From positions 50,592,001-50,656,000 of the forward strand of contig OX597823.1 in assembly GCA_951406725.2 (NCBI GenBank): DNA of 64,000 bases, given 5' to 3'. This DNA is from Octopus vulgaris (taxonomy: Eukaryota). The notes beneath the pieces were generated by a model. It ran no database searches. It was not told the origin of the DNA and saw only the letters and a list, made by a program, of their open reading frames with translations. The translations under genes were made by a program, and so were the position numbers. Each line of letters begins with the position of its first letter. The first letter of the stretch is position 1. Shown here piece by piece: positions 17,595 through 31,217 of the stretch.

Positions 17595-18101
17595 AAAAAA
17601 GAAAGTAAATTCACTGACGCACAAAAGGACAACTGACCAAAGTATAAAAGAGTTTACCTTACATATTAAAGTGACATTAAGTACTTCTATGCTTTAAGTT
17701 GAATGTAACTAACTATTAAAAGAAAGCAGCAAAAGAAAAGGAGAAATGGAAAATAGAACGAAAAACTAATAAAAAGAAAACTGGAAAAATATAGAAAAAA
17801 AGATTCCTGAAGCTATAAAATCTAGTTGGGAATTGTCTTTTGGTTCTGGCATATCGTCTTAGATGCAGTCACTTGCCAAAAATGTACAATGCCAGTACAT
17901 GCATACATGCATGCACGCATACATACATAAACACATACACACATATGTATATATATATATATTTGTGTGCATATATATATATATGTATACGTATACAAAT
18001 ATGTGTGTGTATATATGTGTGTGTGTATACACAGAGAAAGGAAGATAATAAATAGAAAGATATAGATATGCACACATACATGTATATATATAGATATATA
18101 T

Positions 18102-18132
<31 letters not shown>

Positions 18133-18355
18133 CTCCCCATTCATCACCCTCTTGTACTATCTTTTATCCCTCCCCACCACTACACACTCAATAACACTAT
18201 AAAATGGGCAAATTTTTCCACAAGAACTTAGTTCAATTTGAACACCCCACTATAATGGGTGAAAGCGCTAATATATGATATATGATATATGATATACAAT
18301 GTATAAAAACATGTAATATACAAATAAATATTTGTAAATATAAAACCATCCGAAT

Positions 18356-18499
18356 TTCTGAGTACCTCATTTCTTCTAATATATAATACCAGTACATCAT
18401 TTCCAAACCTTCTAATAAATATATATATATATATACATATTAGAAGGTTTGGAGATGATGTACTGGTATTATATATTAGAAGAAATGAGGTACTCAGAA
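18356..18499. repeat. Near-perfect inverted repeat centred on (AT)n
   Basis: TTCTGAGTACCTCATTTC..CCTTCTAAT / ATTAGAAGG..GAAATGAGGTACTCAGAA. Confidence 0.9.
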
Positions 18500-18505
18500 T
18501 AATAA

Positions 18506-18735
18506 GGCGGCGAGCTGGCAGAAACGTTAGCACGCCGGGCGAAATGCGTAGCCGTATTTCGCCTGCCGTTACGTTCTGAGTTCAAATTCCGCCGAGATCG
18601 ACTTTGCCTTTCATCCTTTCGGGGTCGATAAATTAAGTACCAGTTACGCACTGGGGTCGATGTAATCGACTTAATCCGTTTGTCTGTCCTTGTTTATCCC
18701 CTCTGTGTTTAGCCCCTTGTGGGTAGTAAAGAAAT
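18506..18735 (+). mobile_element. SINE family B, full length
   Basis: Near-identical to 4412. Confidence 0.92.
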
Positions 18736-18790
18736 ATATATATATATATATATACATACACATATATATGTGTGTGTGTATGTATGTATA

Positions 18791-18906
18791 TATCTGTAAA
18801 TGTAATATGTGACAATTATTCGATAGCCATGATATAACTCCGAGTTTCGGATGTAGAAGTTTTATCATGGCTACAGAATAATTGTCGTATATTACATTTA
18901 CAGATA
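18791..18906. repeat. Inverted repeat whose left arm recurs at 19021-19078
   Basis: TATCTGTAAATGTAATAT..TAGCCATGATA / TATCATGGCTA..ATATTACATTTACAGATA. Confidence 0.85.
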
Positions 18907-18968
18907 AATTCCTCTATTTACATAATATCGAGGTCTCTTTCTTTCTTTTGTTGTCTTACCATTTCTAT

Positions 18969-19022
<54 letters not shown>

Positions 19023-19055
19023 AAATATAATATGTGACAATCATTCAGTAGCCAT

Positions 19056-19116
19056 GATAAAACTCCGAGTTTCGGATGTCGGGGCGGAAACCCACGCCGC
19101 CATCTTTTCAGTTATC
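19056..19116 (-). ncRNA. Degenerate hammerhead-like motif
   Basis: Minus strand GATAA-CTGAAAA-GATG(GCGG..CCGC)..CATCC-GAAA-CTCGGAG-TT-TTATC; G8 mutated. Confidence 0.5.
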
Positions 19117-19120
19117 CGAC

Positions 19121-19158
<38 letters not shown>

Positions 19159-19161
<3 letters not shown>

Positions 19162-19370
19162 GGGGGTGCTGAAATGTTCCTGTCTTTAAGGGGGTCGCAA
19201 AAGACTTGGTTGGGGCCCAACCTTATGAGTTCTTTTGCAGGGCTTAGAAAAACCGAAGGACCGTTGTCGGTGAATCGGATAGAGTATTACGTTGAATAAA
19301 ATCATAATTAACTGATTCTCCGGTATTTTCTTTAAACCAAAACCAGGAACTTTTCAGCCCCCACTTCGTG
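19159..19370. mobile_element. Mariner-derived MITE
   Basis: Imperfect TIRs AGGGGGTGCTGAAATGTTCCTG / CAGGAACTTTTCAGCCCCCACTTCG; no ORF. Confidence 0.7.
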
Positions 19371-19897
19371 TACACACACACACATAGATATAACTGTGCC
19401 CACATACATGTGTGTATATAAGTATATGTATGTATGTTCCTATACGCGTGCGTGTGTGTGTTCGTGTACGTGTGCGTATGTGTGTTTGTGTATGTATGTT
19501 TTTGTACGTTTGTACACACATATAGACCTGCATCAGTAACACTGGCATCAAACTCTTCTTCTTCTTCTTCTTCTTCTTCTTCTTCTTCTTCTTCTTCTTC
19601 TTCTTCTTCTTCTTCTTCTTCTTCTTCTTCTCCTTCTCCTTCTCCGCCTCCTCCTAACCATACTTTTATTTACATTTTTATTATTACGTTATATAAAAGC
19701 ATACCTTTGCTGCAGATATGAGGAAGCTGCCATTATCTAAAACCGCAAATATTTTGTAAATTTTCATTTTAAACCTTTGCTAAACAGGCGTTAAAGCAGA
19801 GTTGGTACAGAAACAATTGTAACTGATTGCAAAGAATGTGTTAAAGTCATTTTTTGTTTTCTTATTCGCATAATGTGTGTGTGTGTATATATATATA

Positions 19898-20280
19898 GGT
19901 GCAGAAGTGACTATGTGGTAAGTAGCTTGCTTACCAACCACATGGATCCGGGTTCAGTCCCACTACGTGGCACCTTGGGAAAGTGTCTCCTACTATACCC
20001 TCGGTCCGACCAAAGCCTTGTGAGTGGGTTTGGTAGACGGAAACTGAAAGAAGGCTGGTGAACATATATATGTGTGTGTATCTATGTCTGTGTCTGTCCT
20101 TCCACCGTCGCTTGACAACCGATGTTGGTGTGTTTACGTCCCTGTAACTTAGAGGTTCAGCAAAAGAGACCGATAAAATAAGTACTAGGCTTACAAAGAA
20201 TAAGTCCTGGGGTCGGTTTGTTCGACTAAAGGCGGTGCTCCAGCATGTCTGCAGTCAAATGACTGAAACAAATAAAAGAA
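19898..20280 (+). mobile_element. SINE family A, full length (bipartite, internal TA/TG microsatellite)
   Basis: tRNA-like head with GGTTCAGTCCC B-box, CORE-like segment, 3' module ending AAATAAAAGA. Confidence 0.9.
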
Positions 20281-20494
20281 TATATATATATGTGTGAGTG
20301 TATGTGTGTGTGTGTGTGCGTGTGTGTGTGTGTGTGTGTGTATAATGTGACTGGAACGGCTATTTTCTGTTTGTCGATTGCAACATATACTTATGCGTAT
20401 TTTCTTTTTGTGTGTTTTTACATATTTTTACTTTTATGAATAGATATGTCTATGCACACATGTGGAAAGGCTAAAACGTTTGTGTATATTCTTA

Positions 20495-20525
<31 letters not shown>

Positions 20526-23500
20526 CTGTGTAGTACATGGAATACTGCACACACACACATACACACACACATATATGCGTTATGTGAGTGTGTGATTAAA
20601 AATTGGTATGCTTAGATTTTAATGGAATTTGTCATAGTTGTACAGTCTACCTATACTTTTTCACCTGTCTATTATACAGTGAACTTGATAGTGTTATGGC
20701 CTCCAGAATGGGTGCTATCAACATGGAATTACTAAATATTTAAGAAGATTCCTTCACAACCACGCGGTCTCTTGGGCAAGTGTCTTCTACCATTTATTCG
20801 TGTTGATCTACACCCTTTGAGTGAAATTTGTTAGTCAGAAATTGCATGGATGTCCGTCGGCCTAACTGGCCCTATAATACCGCCTGTAAAATCCAGCCTT
20901 GTCCCGTCCAGTATAACGTTGATTCTGAATGCGGTTTACGGTGAAGGAATAGTTAACCACTTGCACTATAATAATTCAATAAGAAAGCTGTTCACTTGAT
21001 GGAACAATAGAAATAGTCATCGTAGAAACAGACGGAGGACCCATCGGTTTTCTTACAAACCTGCCAGGATGAGTTGTGATTAATGAAGAAATCATTTCGA
21101 AGAAAGGCATTTGTAAAGTATCGTTAGATGTATTGTTATCTCTTTGAAATTTCCTCTGTCATTCGGCTGTGAAGTGTGACCCATTCTTCTGAGCATTAGG
21201 TGGCAGTGATGATGGTGGTGCTTGTAGTGGTGGTAGTAGTGAATTTCTCACAGGGAATATGGTGTGAAACCAAGGAGACAGTGAGTCGAAAATAAATTTA
21301 GATATCACTGTGTGAGCGCATTGTTAGTAAAAGGAAAGGGTTGAAAGAAGCTGCTATAGGTTACTCTATAGAACTCTCTGGCAATAAAGGTAACTATGGT
21401 ATTTTGGCCTTGTATGTCTGGTAGAATTAGTGAGCCAGTAGTACCAAAAGTATTGCGAAACAGTTACAATTTAGAATTGAAATCAGGTTACAGACTCAGG
21501 CTTTAAATATTTTCCTGACGAATACTCTTCTGTATAAACAATAACTTTGAAAGCCAAGACATATATCTGACATAGAGAGATATCCATCATCAACCAAGTA
21601 TGTAGTTGAGCTTAGGGCGATTTGCAATATCACTGTAAATATCAGTACAACTTTGATTTAGTCAAATACACCAATGTCTACTTCCAAAACACTTTCATAC
21701 TACAAAATTCTCGATAATAGTAAAGAGACTTGTGTTAGATATTTATTTGTCAAATACGTATCAACTCTATCGACATGGACAAACATTCATTCCGCTTTCT
21801 GTTTTCAACATTTTGCACTGAATTCCATAAAAAAAATAGGGATTTACTTTGCTTAGGCTGTGGGCCAACTTTGTTTTGGGGAAAATACAGTCAATTTAAT
21901 CGACACTAGTAATTTTGTCGTTCTCATTTTAACGATCCCTGCAGGTATAAAGAGCATAGCTTACTTGAACGAGAATTGAACTAAATACAGTGACATGTTG
22001 AACTAAATACGTCGTACATCTGGTTAGGGGCGGGGTTCTATTGATTTGCCCGTTTTAACCACTCTCTGATATTAATGAAAACTATGAAATTATGTTGTCT
22101 CGTGTTTTTGATCAGACGCCAAAGTTTATAGTCCTGTATTCAGTTACAGCACACTAATTAATTTTTTCAGTGAACTAAACATACGGTTACCGTTTTGTCC
22201 ATACTGCACTGAGAATATTGACATGACAGAGCCACTAGTATTTAGTCGCTGTGATTGGTTGTAGTGTTTAGATGTATTAAGTGAGAATTTGATCGGCTTC
22301 TTCTGAACTATGACTCTATTTGATTTCTATCGGTGTGAAAGAACAGCGAACTGTATAACTGAGTAGTACTGACTGTCATTAAATTAAAAGTATTAATATA
22401 GTTAATTTTTCAAGCAAACATCCAAGAAATATGTTCCATACAGAAAATAAGGTCAAAGGGCACTATAAGGATGAGAAAATGCGAATAGTATCTGGGAGCA
22501 ACGTTGACTGTTAGCAAAAATGTTATTTAATAATTTCGCCGAATGACATTGTATACTGTGTGCAAATAATTCTTTTCTAAATTATAAATTAAGAAGCTCT
22601 ATGGAGAAAGAATATCATTCACTTAATATATGCTAAACTGTAGATCTTATTTGAACATTAAAATCGGTAGGCCTGTAACATGCAGGAAAACTAAGAAATG
22701 CAATATATGAAGACATTTTTCTGAACAATGAATGTAGCAGATTATTATTGGACGAACAAACATCTGGGACCTGAAAAGGTTTCCTTGCAAAGACCTTCAC
22801 ATGTAAGTTTTTATTAACCGAAAAACGCTAACGCAACTGAGGCTCCTTGAAGGAATCATTTGACTTATATTCACTTGACTTATAGAAGGCTGTGTGACAA
22901 ATTTCATAAAAGTTTTCACGTTTCAAATCTATGTGGTGAAACTAGCATTGATAGAGCAGTCGAAATTCTAGCGATATTTGGTGATAACTGAAATTTGAAC
23001 ATGCCTGCCTCTCTCGTTTGTTTTCTTCTTATTCTGTATGTTCCTTTGTCATTTGCTGTGTTGTATTTTTTTTTTACAATATATATTAGTTCTGTCAATT
23101 AATATTTCACTTTTCTTTTTGTAAGAAAATATCGAGGTAAACTCGATCGGTGTTTCCTGATATTTCCGATGACAGTAGATCATCTGATAGAGCCAAGGAA
23201 AAAACTACGTTTCCATTGATTTTTCAATTTGGTGGTACTGTCTGTTAGTTGTAACTCCTGACAGAAATGTCACCGCTTTTCAGTGATCAAACGAGGGGTG
23301 TGAACGTAGAATGTACAGAGCTGGGGAAGATACCGCAAGAAATGCAGTCCGCCCAGTTCTCTAACGATTCATCCAGCCCTGAATTTGTTACTCATTTTTT
23401 TATTGCTTTCGTAAGGATGAAGGGCAAAGTTGGCCTCGGTTGGTTTGGTACTTACAGTGCAAAGAGTGGGGACAAATGTTGCAACGCATTATACCCAATA

Positions 23501-25310
23501 CTCCAACAACCCACCCTGTTTGCTCCCTTAATAATTATATGATTGGTAATTATTTCAACAAGTGATAGAATCTGTTGTAGCGTCATCAATAAGGTAAATA
23601 CGAGATTATTACAGGTAGGAAATAAAAGTTTGAATAGTTGTTCCTCAAGAAATAACATTTAAAGCCTGATAGTCCTGAAATAGGAATTGGAGCAAATGAA
23701 TTGGCAAAATCGTTACAGAGTCGGATAGAATAACTTCTGCTGTTTGTTCCCGTTTTCTGAGTTCAAATTCTGTCAAAGTGGATTTCGCTTTTTATCATTG
23801 CATCACGGAATCAATAAATAAAATAGCAGTCAAGTAATAAGGTCGATTCTTTTCTGTCACCTTGTTTTTCTCTTCTCTCCCATGCTCTCTGTCTCTTTTT
23901 CTCTTTCAGAATCGGTCTCATGAGATTGTAAGAAGGTCCGACGGAGAAATTTCACAGCCCCACTTCCTTTCGTCCTGAATGAATGAATGTTGATCGAGAG
24001 GCCAGCAACGTTTTACCACAGTAGAACTGATATGCTCCAGAAATTGTCCAAGTATGGCCTAATGTGCAAACATTCAAGGAGCAGAATTTCAGAGGAAACT
24101 CACCGAATTCTGATATTAGGGTTATAAGATGTGCTATGTATATATATATATATATACATAGCACATATATATATACTGAAGAGCAATATAATAATTCTTA
24201 TAAAACTATTATTAGACTCAAGGAAAACTAGCCATGTACTGCGTCGGAAAAACCCGACTTAACAGTAGTCTTAAACTAAGGTAAACTCGTGTGTTCCGAA
24301 AAGGAGAGTATTGACATTTCGTGTAGTGGCCTTCTTCATGGGAAGAAAAAGCAAAACTTTACTGTCGTTAGACAAGGACCCTACCCGAAGTAATAGACTT
24401 CACATGTCCTAACGACATCAGAATGACGACTTATTTTCGCCGTCTAATGGATGATTTTTATTGATACTGTCAGAAATTTGAAAGAAAAAGGAATGAAGTC
24501 AATCGAATATATTTCGGTACATGATTAATACTTATTTTATTGACCCTAGAGAGACAAAACTCAAGCCATCAAACACTGAACTACAAAAAACAATTACCAA
24601 TCTCTTTACTGTACATTAAACAAAGTTGGGGAACACTGGTCCATGATACGAAACCGGAATATGACAGAATAAAGGTTAAAGGATTTTTAAGAGAAGTGTT
24701 AATATGACATTGTGAGAGAATGGTTGGGTCATTATGAAAAGTTAAGACGGAAGAGAGGAGGGATTATAGCAGACTTATTGATAGAAATAATAGAGTATAG
24801 CATAAATATGTTGAACTAAAGAAAATATGTTGGGTCGGATTATACAAGATTTTCATTTGTTTCAAAATTAATCGAAATATAATGAGAGTAATGATACCAG
24901 GAAGTATGGAGTCAAGAAATATTAAAGAGAATTTAGATAAATAGAAACATTCAACGGAGCACAATAATGAATGTCTTTAAATGTAATATATTCCCATTAC
25001 TATGATATGCTTCCGAACCAGAAATATAAAAGAGAAATTGATTATTTTTGAGAGCAAATGTTTAATAACGAAACTAATTATCAGACTGAACACACTTAAG
25101 ACAGAAAAAGGAGAAATACGTCAAAGCAACTCAATCGTATAAATCCAGTCAACCGTGAATATCCTTGAGTCATTATATCGTTTATTATTTAATTATTATA
25201 GAGATGTTAGAGTCATATATATATTGTAGAGTACTGGACTGAGTATTGTACCAAACTGTGCCCTGCAAATCTGAGTATTAAATTTTGTCGTAATATGTTT
25301 TGAATTTATA

Positions 25311-25750
25311 AGGCGACGAGCTGGCAGAATCTTTAGAACGCCTGGCAAAATGTTTAGTGGCATTTTGTCCGCCTTCTCGTTCTGAGTTCAAATCCGGCCG
25401 TGGTCGGCTTTGCTTTCCGGGGTCGATAAAATAAGTACCAGTTGAATACTAGGGTCGATGTAATCGACTTATCCTCTTCCCAAAATTGCTTGTCTTGAGC
25501 CAAAATTTGAAACGAATATGTTACAAATTTAAAAGGCGGTGGACAGACAGAATCGTTACCGCGCCTGGCAAAATGTTTAGTGGCATTTCGTCCGTCTTTA
25601 CGTTCTGAGCTCAAGTTCTGCTAAGGTCGACTTTACCTTTCATCCTTTTTTTGTATGGTCGATAAAATAAGTACCAGTTGTATATGGGGGTCGATGTAAT
25701 CGCCTGATCCCTCTCCCCGAAATTGCTGGCATTGTCCAAAAATTTGAAAC
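25311..25750 (+). mobile_element. Tandem dimer of SINE family B (alternative-tail subfamily)
   Basis: Two heads (25311, 25534); tail CCCAAAATTGCT..CCAAAATTTGAAAC. Confidence 0.85.
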
Positions 25751-26191
25751 TAATGTTCTGAATATATATCTTGTCTCAGTTATCCTTCTTTTGCCTGTAA
25801 TTCAACACTTTTTGTGACCCCATATCTATTGAAATACACCCTTTTTTAAATATTTCATTTAATTTTTTAAAAAGAAAGAATATATCAAAAGTTTTGTCAT
25901 TGTTAAGCTAATGCTTAGAACAAATAAACTTTAAAATTCTAATAGCAAATTTTAAGTTCGATTACTTTAAAAGCAAGTCATTTGTACCACAGAACCATGG
26001 GTGGTTTCAGATATCAAAAGAGGTACCAGTTCGGCACTGCTAGTAAGATAATAAACGAAATTTTTTTTCTGAACAATTGCACGATATCTTTCTAAATGTG
26101 ATAAATCGCTACATGATACAGAAAGAGTCAGAGGAAGTATAAAGAATGGTAAAGAGGAGGACGAAATGCCATGCATTATTTGAGCATTGAA

Positions 26192-26636
26192 AGGTGACAG
26201 GTTGGCAGAAATGACGGGCAAAATGCTTAGCAGCATTTCGTCCGTCTTTGCGTTCTGAGTTCAAATTCTTCTGTGGTCGTCTTTGCCTTTCATTCTTTCT
26301 GGGTCGACAAAATATAAGTACCAGTTGAGTACTCGGGTCGATGTAAACCACTTATCTCTCTCCCAGAACTTGCTGGTCTTGTGCCAAAATTTGAAACCTG
26401 TATTTGAGTATTGAAAGGCGGCAAGTTGGATGAATCGTTGCTATGCCAGACAAAATGCTTACGGTATTTCCTGTTTTTACCTTCTGATTTCGAATTCTGC
26501 CGAGGCTGATTTTGCTTTTCATCCTTTCAGGGTCGATGAAAAAATACCAGTTATGCACTGGGATCGATGCAATCGACTACCTCCCCCCCCCCCCCCAAAA
26601 AAAATAAAATCAGTCCTCGTACCTAGAGTAGAAAAG
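26192..26636 (+). mobile_element. Second tandem dimer of SINE family B
   Basis: Two heads (26192, 26416). Confidence 0.82.
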
Positions 26637-27287
26637 ATTATTTGAGCACTGGACTTATATTTTGCCGTGGTCAGTTTTATTTTTCTTTCTGTTTAAGTAG
26701 ATTAGTTCAGTACCAGCTATGTAATGGGGATCTGTGTGATCTACTATTCTTTAATGTTACAGACATGCTATTGTGAAATTGCTGTAAATCATATTTTAAC
26801 TAATATTCCTTGGATACATTCACAAGGTAAAACAGTTTGGCATGCACGGGAAATCTATTTTGGTCTAATATATCGATGTCTTCCCCGAGGTCGTCTGGCC
26901 TGTTTACTACGTGGAAACGGAAACTCTTTCGAGAATGAAGTGAATAAAAGCTACTTCATTAGTGCTGAACATAAGTGTCTGTATTCCAGTTAATAGCACC
27001 AACGTCATCTTCACAATCACATTCTTTTGCCAGATGACCACTACAAGCACCGCCACCAGCAACAGCAGCATCAACAGTAGAAACGGCAACAGCAGTCCTT
27101 GAATGAAACCAAATAAAATACATCAACAAAATCATATGACTCGATTGTAAAAAAAAAAAAAAAAGCTAGTAAAAATAAAAGAAGTGAAAAAGAAGGTAAG
27201 AAAGAGGAATAAAAAGAAGCCAATGAAAGCTTCTTTCTTCTGGCTGCATTTCTTGCTATTAAACAATCAGTTCAGATATAGTCCTGC

Positions 27288-27368
27288 TGTTTGGATATGT
27301 ATGTCTTTGAGGAGGATGGCAGCGTGACCCTTCACACTGACCCTCAAAGACATACATCCATTTAGACA
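27288..27368. other. Isolated pre-miRNA-like hairpin
   Basis: TGGAT(AT)GTATGTCTTTGAGG pairs with CCTCAAAGACATACATCCA; inner CAG-GTGA/TCAC-CTG stem. Confidence 0.4.
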
Positions 27369-28242
27369 TCCTCCTAAATATCTTTATCGCACTTACTTGC
27401 TTCTCTTGGCGTTCAAGAAAATCAAGTGAGTGTGATAAAGATAAAGATAAAGAAAGAGAAAGAAAGGAAAACAAAAGAAAGAGAAAATGCAGAAGAAATA
27501 GTAAGATACTGCACTGGAAGGAGATAGAGAAAGAAAAAGCATGAGAAAAGAACGTGGTTAGTGTTTAGAAACTTGTATTTTTGTAGACCTTCGTAGCGTT
27601 CCAATAAACAAGATTTATTAGGCGAATTGTAACCTGCAGCCAAGAATCTTAAGAGGCCACCCACTGTAACTAATTTTCTCTCTCCGTTGGTCAGCTCTTC
27701 TGTCTTGATCAGATTTCCTTTTGATTAAAACATTCTCCATTTTGTCAGCAATATATACCTCGGAACAACTAAAAATAGAACAATAATGGTAAAGTGAAAG
27801 AATAAGGTAAACAAGAATTTTAGAATAAAGACCACATTCATAAAATATATAAATATAGGTGAATACAAAAATTGGTTCTTAATTAAGTGGTGGTGTTGTT
27901 AAGAGAAAGCAATTAGCTTAGCGCGAAGGTAACACTATATTTTTTTAGCTGCAGCCTAATGTATCATTTCTAGAGGCCTAATGTCAGAAGTAAGTGGAAT
28001 TTTAAGAGGCAGAAATAGATGCCATTTGGTAGAGATATTGTCAACTCTGCATGATCATTCGATATCCTAGAAATAACTGCAAAATATCCATTAAATTATA
28101 CCAACTCGTTTTTAAATGGAAGGACACAAAAAATAGTATAGCCCTATATATAAATCTAAAAAGTATATCTCGGCTGGACATTTTTAAAAATCATAGTTCT
28201 AGCAGATGAGAGCTGATCTGTGGTTAAGCTACAACATAATAT

Positions 28243-28282
<40 letters not shown>

Positions 28283-28293
28283 ATATATATATA

Positions 28294-28455
28294 GGCGCAG
28301 GAGTGGCTGTGTGGTAAGTAGCTTGCTAACCAACCACATGGTTCCGGGTTCATTCCCACTGCGTGGCACCTTGGGCAAGTGCCTTCTGCTATAGCTCTGG
28401 GCCGACCAATGCCTTGTGAGTGGATTTGGTAGATGGAAACTGAAAGAAACCCGTC

Positions 28456-28521
<66 letters not shown>

Positions 28522-28731
28522 TTGTGTACCTGTGTTTGTCCGCCTAGCATTGCTTGACAACCGATGCTGGTGTGTTTACGTCCCCGTCACTTAGCGGTTC
28601 GGCAAAACAGACCGATAGAATATGTACTGGGCTTACAAAAAGAAGTTCTGGGGTCGATTTGCTCGACTAAAGGCGGTGCTCCAGCATGGCCGCAGTCAAA
28701 TGACTGAAACATGTAAAAGAGTAAAAGAGTA
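28294..28731 (+). mobile_element. SINE family A, full-length reference copy
   Basis: GGCGCAGGAGTGGCTGTGTGGTAAG A-box head, GGTTCATTCCC B-box, ACCTTGGGCAAGT, internal (TA)n, (GTAAAAGA)n tail. Confidence 0.92.
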
Positions 28732-28769
<38 letters not shown>

Positions 28770-29286
28770 GTATATATATATAATGCAATTTACAACATTA
28801 TAAAAAGGATCCACTTGGCTGATCGACTTCTGAATTGGTGGTTATTGTTATCAACTTGGAAAGGATGAAAGCGAGCTTGACCTTTGAACATAGATGTAGG
28901 TGGATCCTTCTGCCCCTGTCAGCCAATTCACCTAGGAAACGAAACAGCTACTCCATTGTAAAATCTACAGCTTCCTGGTCAACCAAGCCGTCTTACACCA
29001 CTGAGCGACTATGGTCAGATCACCATGTGGAAAAAAGTGGGATGTGAATGCTCGGACTAACAATCACTTTAAAATTATTCAGGTACACACAGGAAGCTCT
29101 GCAGCATCAAAGATTGGTTTTCATTTCCACTTCTGTGTGAGTCGTACTTCCTCACAAAGAAACTGCCATCATCATTATGTATGTATGTATGTATGTATGT
29201 ATGTATGTATGTATGTATGTATGTATGTATGTATGTATGTATGTATGTATGTATGTATGTATGTATGTATGTATGTATGTATGTAT

Positions 29287-29336
<50 letters not shown>

Positions 29337-30178
29337 CGTACGTATTTTTCATTATGGTATCTTGTGAATACATCGGAAATAGTCCTTGTTTAAGTATTTC
29401 GATGTATTTTTCAGAGTTTATGGTTCCAACACATTCGATCAGCTCAGAACGACCATTGCTGGTGACAGCTCCCCATACCATTACAGAGATACCGCCATGT
29501 TTCACAGTTGCTTAGAGTCGTTTCAAATCAAATTCTTGATTGGGAAGCCTCCAGACCTAAACACGTCCACTGTCTGAAAATAATGCAAATCTGGATTCAT
29601 CTGAGAAAATCATTCTATCTCAAAATGGTCTGACATCTCCTTAGCCCATTTCCTTCTTTTCATGATATTAATTAGTTGGAGGAGAGGTTTTCTTCTAGCT
29701 ACTCGTCCATAAAACCCAAGCTTATGCAGATATGTAACACACGTTCTTGGACTAACTTGCAATGTCAGAAGCCTTCGAACGGGGTTCGTTTTCCACAATT
29801 CTCTTCAAACAGCGAAGCTTCCTTTCCGAGGGCTCAGTTCGGCCGGAACGAGAATCTGTTGATTTTTTTACTTGGCGTTTGGATTGCACTATAATTCTAT
29901 TAACAGTAGCTAGAGGAATTTAAAGATTTTCGGTAATTTTTCGCTGGCTAAGACCAACCTCAGATTGCCCAATTAGTACGTCCTCTTTGAAAATCTGACC
30001 GTTCTGCTGAATTTTTTGTGCGTGGCATGGTTACGCTTCGCAAATGTTTAATATAATGGCATCTGGAATGAAAAAGAATAATTACATTGTAAATTCTACA
30101 CCGCTGAAAACATATTAAAACACTTAGATCAGAAATTTTGAAAATTAAAGGTGTCTATTTACTTCTTGCATGTCTGTG
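29337..30178 (-). mobile_element. Tc1-family DNA transposon, 3'-truncated transposase pseudogene
   Basis: ATG at 30028 (MPRTKNSAERSDFQRG), [44 protein letters not shown]; probable TIR TA|CACAGACATGCAAGAAGTAAATAGACACC at 30150-30180. Confidence 0.9.
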
Positions 30179-31074
30179 TAGTTTCACATTTTATTCGCCA
30201 CAAGCTCTATCTATTATACATGATCAAACATAATTCCACTATTAATAGTACCATTTATTTTTCCTATGTCATATACTCAAAGACCTTTATATACACAAGA
30301 AATGTATAAGCAGCAGCCATGTGGTTGCATACGGTCTTCGAAGTCCCTAATTACTATTTCCAGAAGTCTGTTTTACACACAGTTCCTATTTATTATAATG
30401 TTCTTAATGATCACAAAAATATATATAACATTTATTATTTTAATATTTATAATTACATTTTCAAAATAAATGGAATTAAATAGCTTTGATATGGACCAAT
30501 TATCCTAATAATCCTCAATATAGATCAGTAAGCTTCATAATCTTCCATTTGGCACAATAATCACTTTAATCCTTATCATTCACTCTGTTTCTTAGGTAAA
30601 ATGAAAGTGATCTAGAAATTGACTGATAGATATTTTATGGAATTTTGAAAGAGAAATGAATAAATTGTTACGGGCAGAATTTGGACATTCTATGTAAGAG
30701 AGCGCTAATCTATGGTTTCTGCTGGCCGGCAGAGTAGTGACAACTCTTTAATCAGTATGAATTGTGATTCGAATATAACGCATCTGTTTTACTCTTTTAC
30801 TGTCACACATTATTTAACCCTAAATAATATCAAACCTCTATATCAAACGAGAATAACTGTCTCCACCACACCTTTCTCTCAACCCCTACTCTACAAACAC
30901 ATACGTTCTCCATATCCTTTTTCAATTCACTCCCGTTTCCATATAACCACTTTTACAGTTTACCACCTCTTTACCTTATTCTCATTCACATTACTCTAAC
31001 TTCCAAAAAGAAAAAAAAACGACTAAAATCTATGAAGAGCATGAAAGAACTGAAGTAAACAACAATCTGATAAT

Positions 31075-31217
31075 AGCGAGTAATACCGGACACAATGCTT
31101 AGCGGCGTCCCGTTTATCTTTACGTTCTGAGTTCAAATTTCGCCAAGGTCAACTTTACCTTTCATCACTTTAGGATCGATAATACAAGTACCGAGCAAGC
31201 ACTGATATCGATGTAAT
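31075..31217 (+). mobile_element. Degenerate SINE family B
   Basis: ACGTTCTGAGTTCAAAT..CCTTTCATC..GATCGATAA..AAGTACC. Confidence 0.7.

Noticed and set aside
24310-24345. Minus-strand ATGAAGA..GAAATGTC, plus similar motifs at ~2960, ~21515 and ~30715
   Set aside because: Cores and stems too degenerate to distinguish from chance
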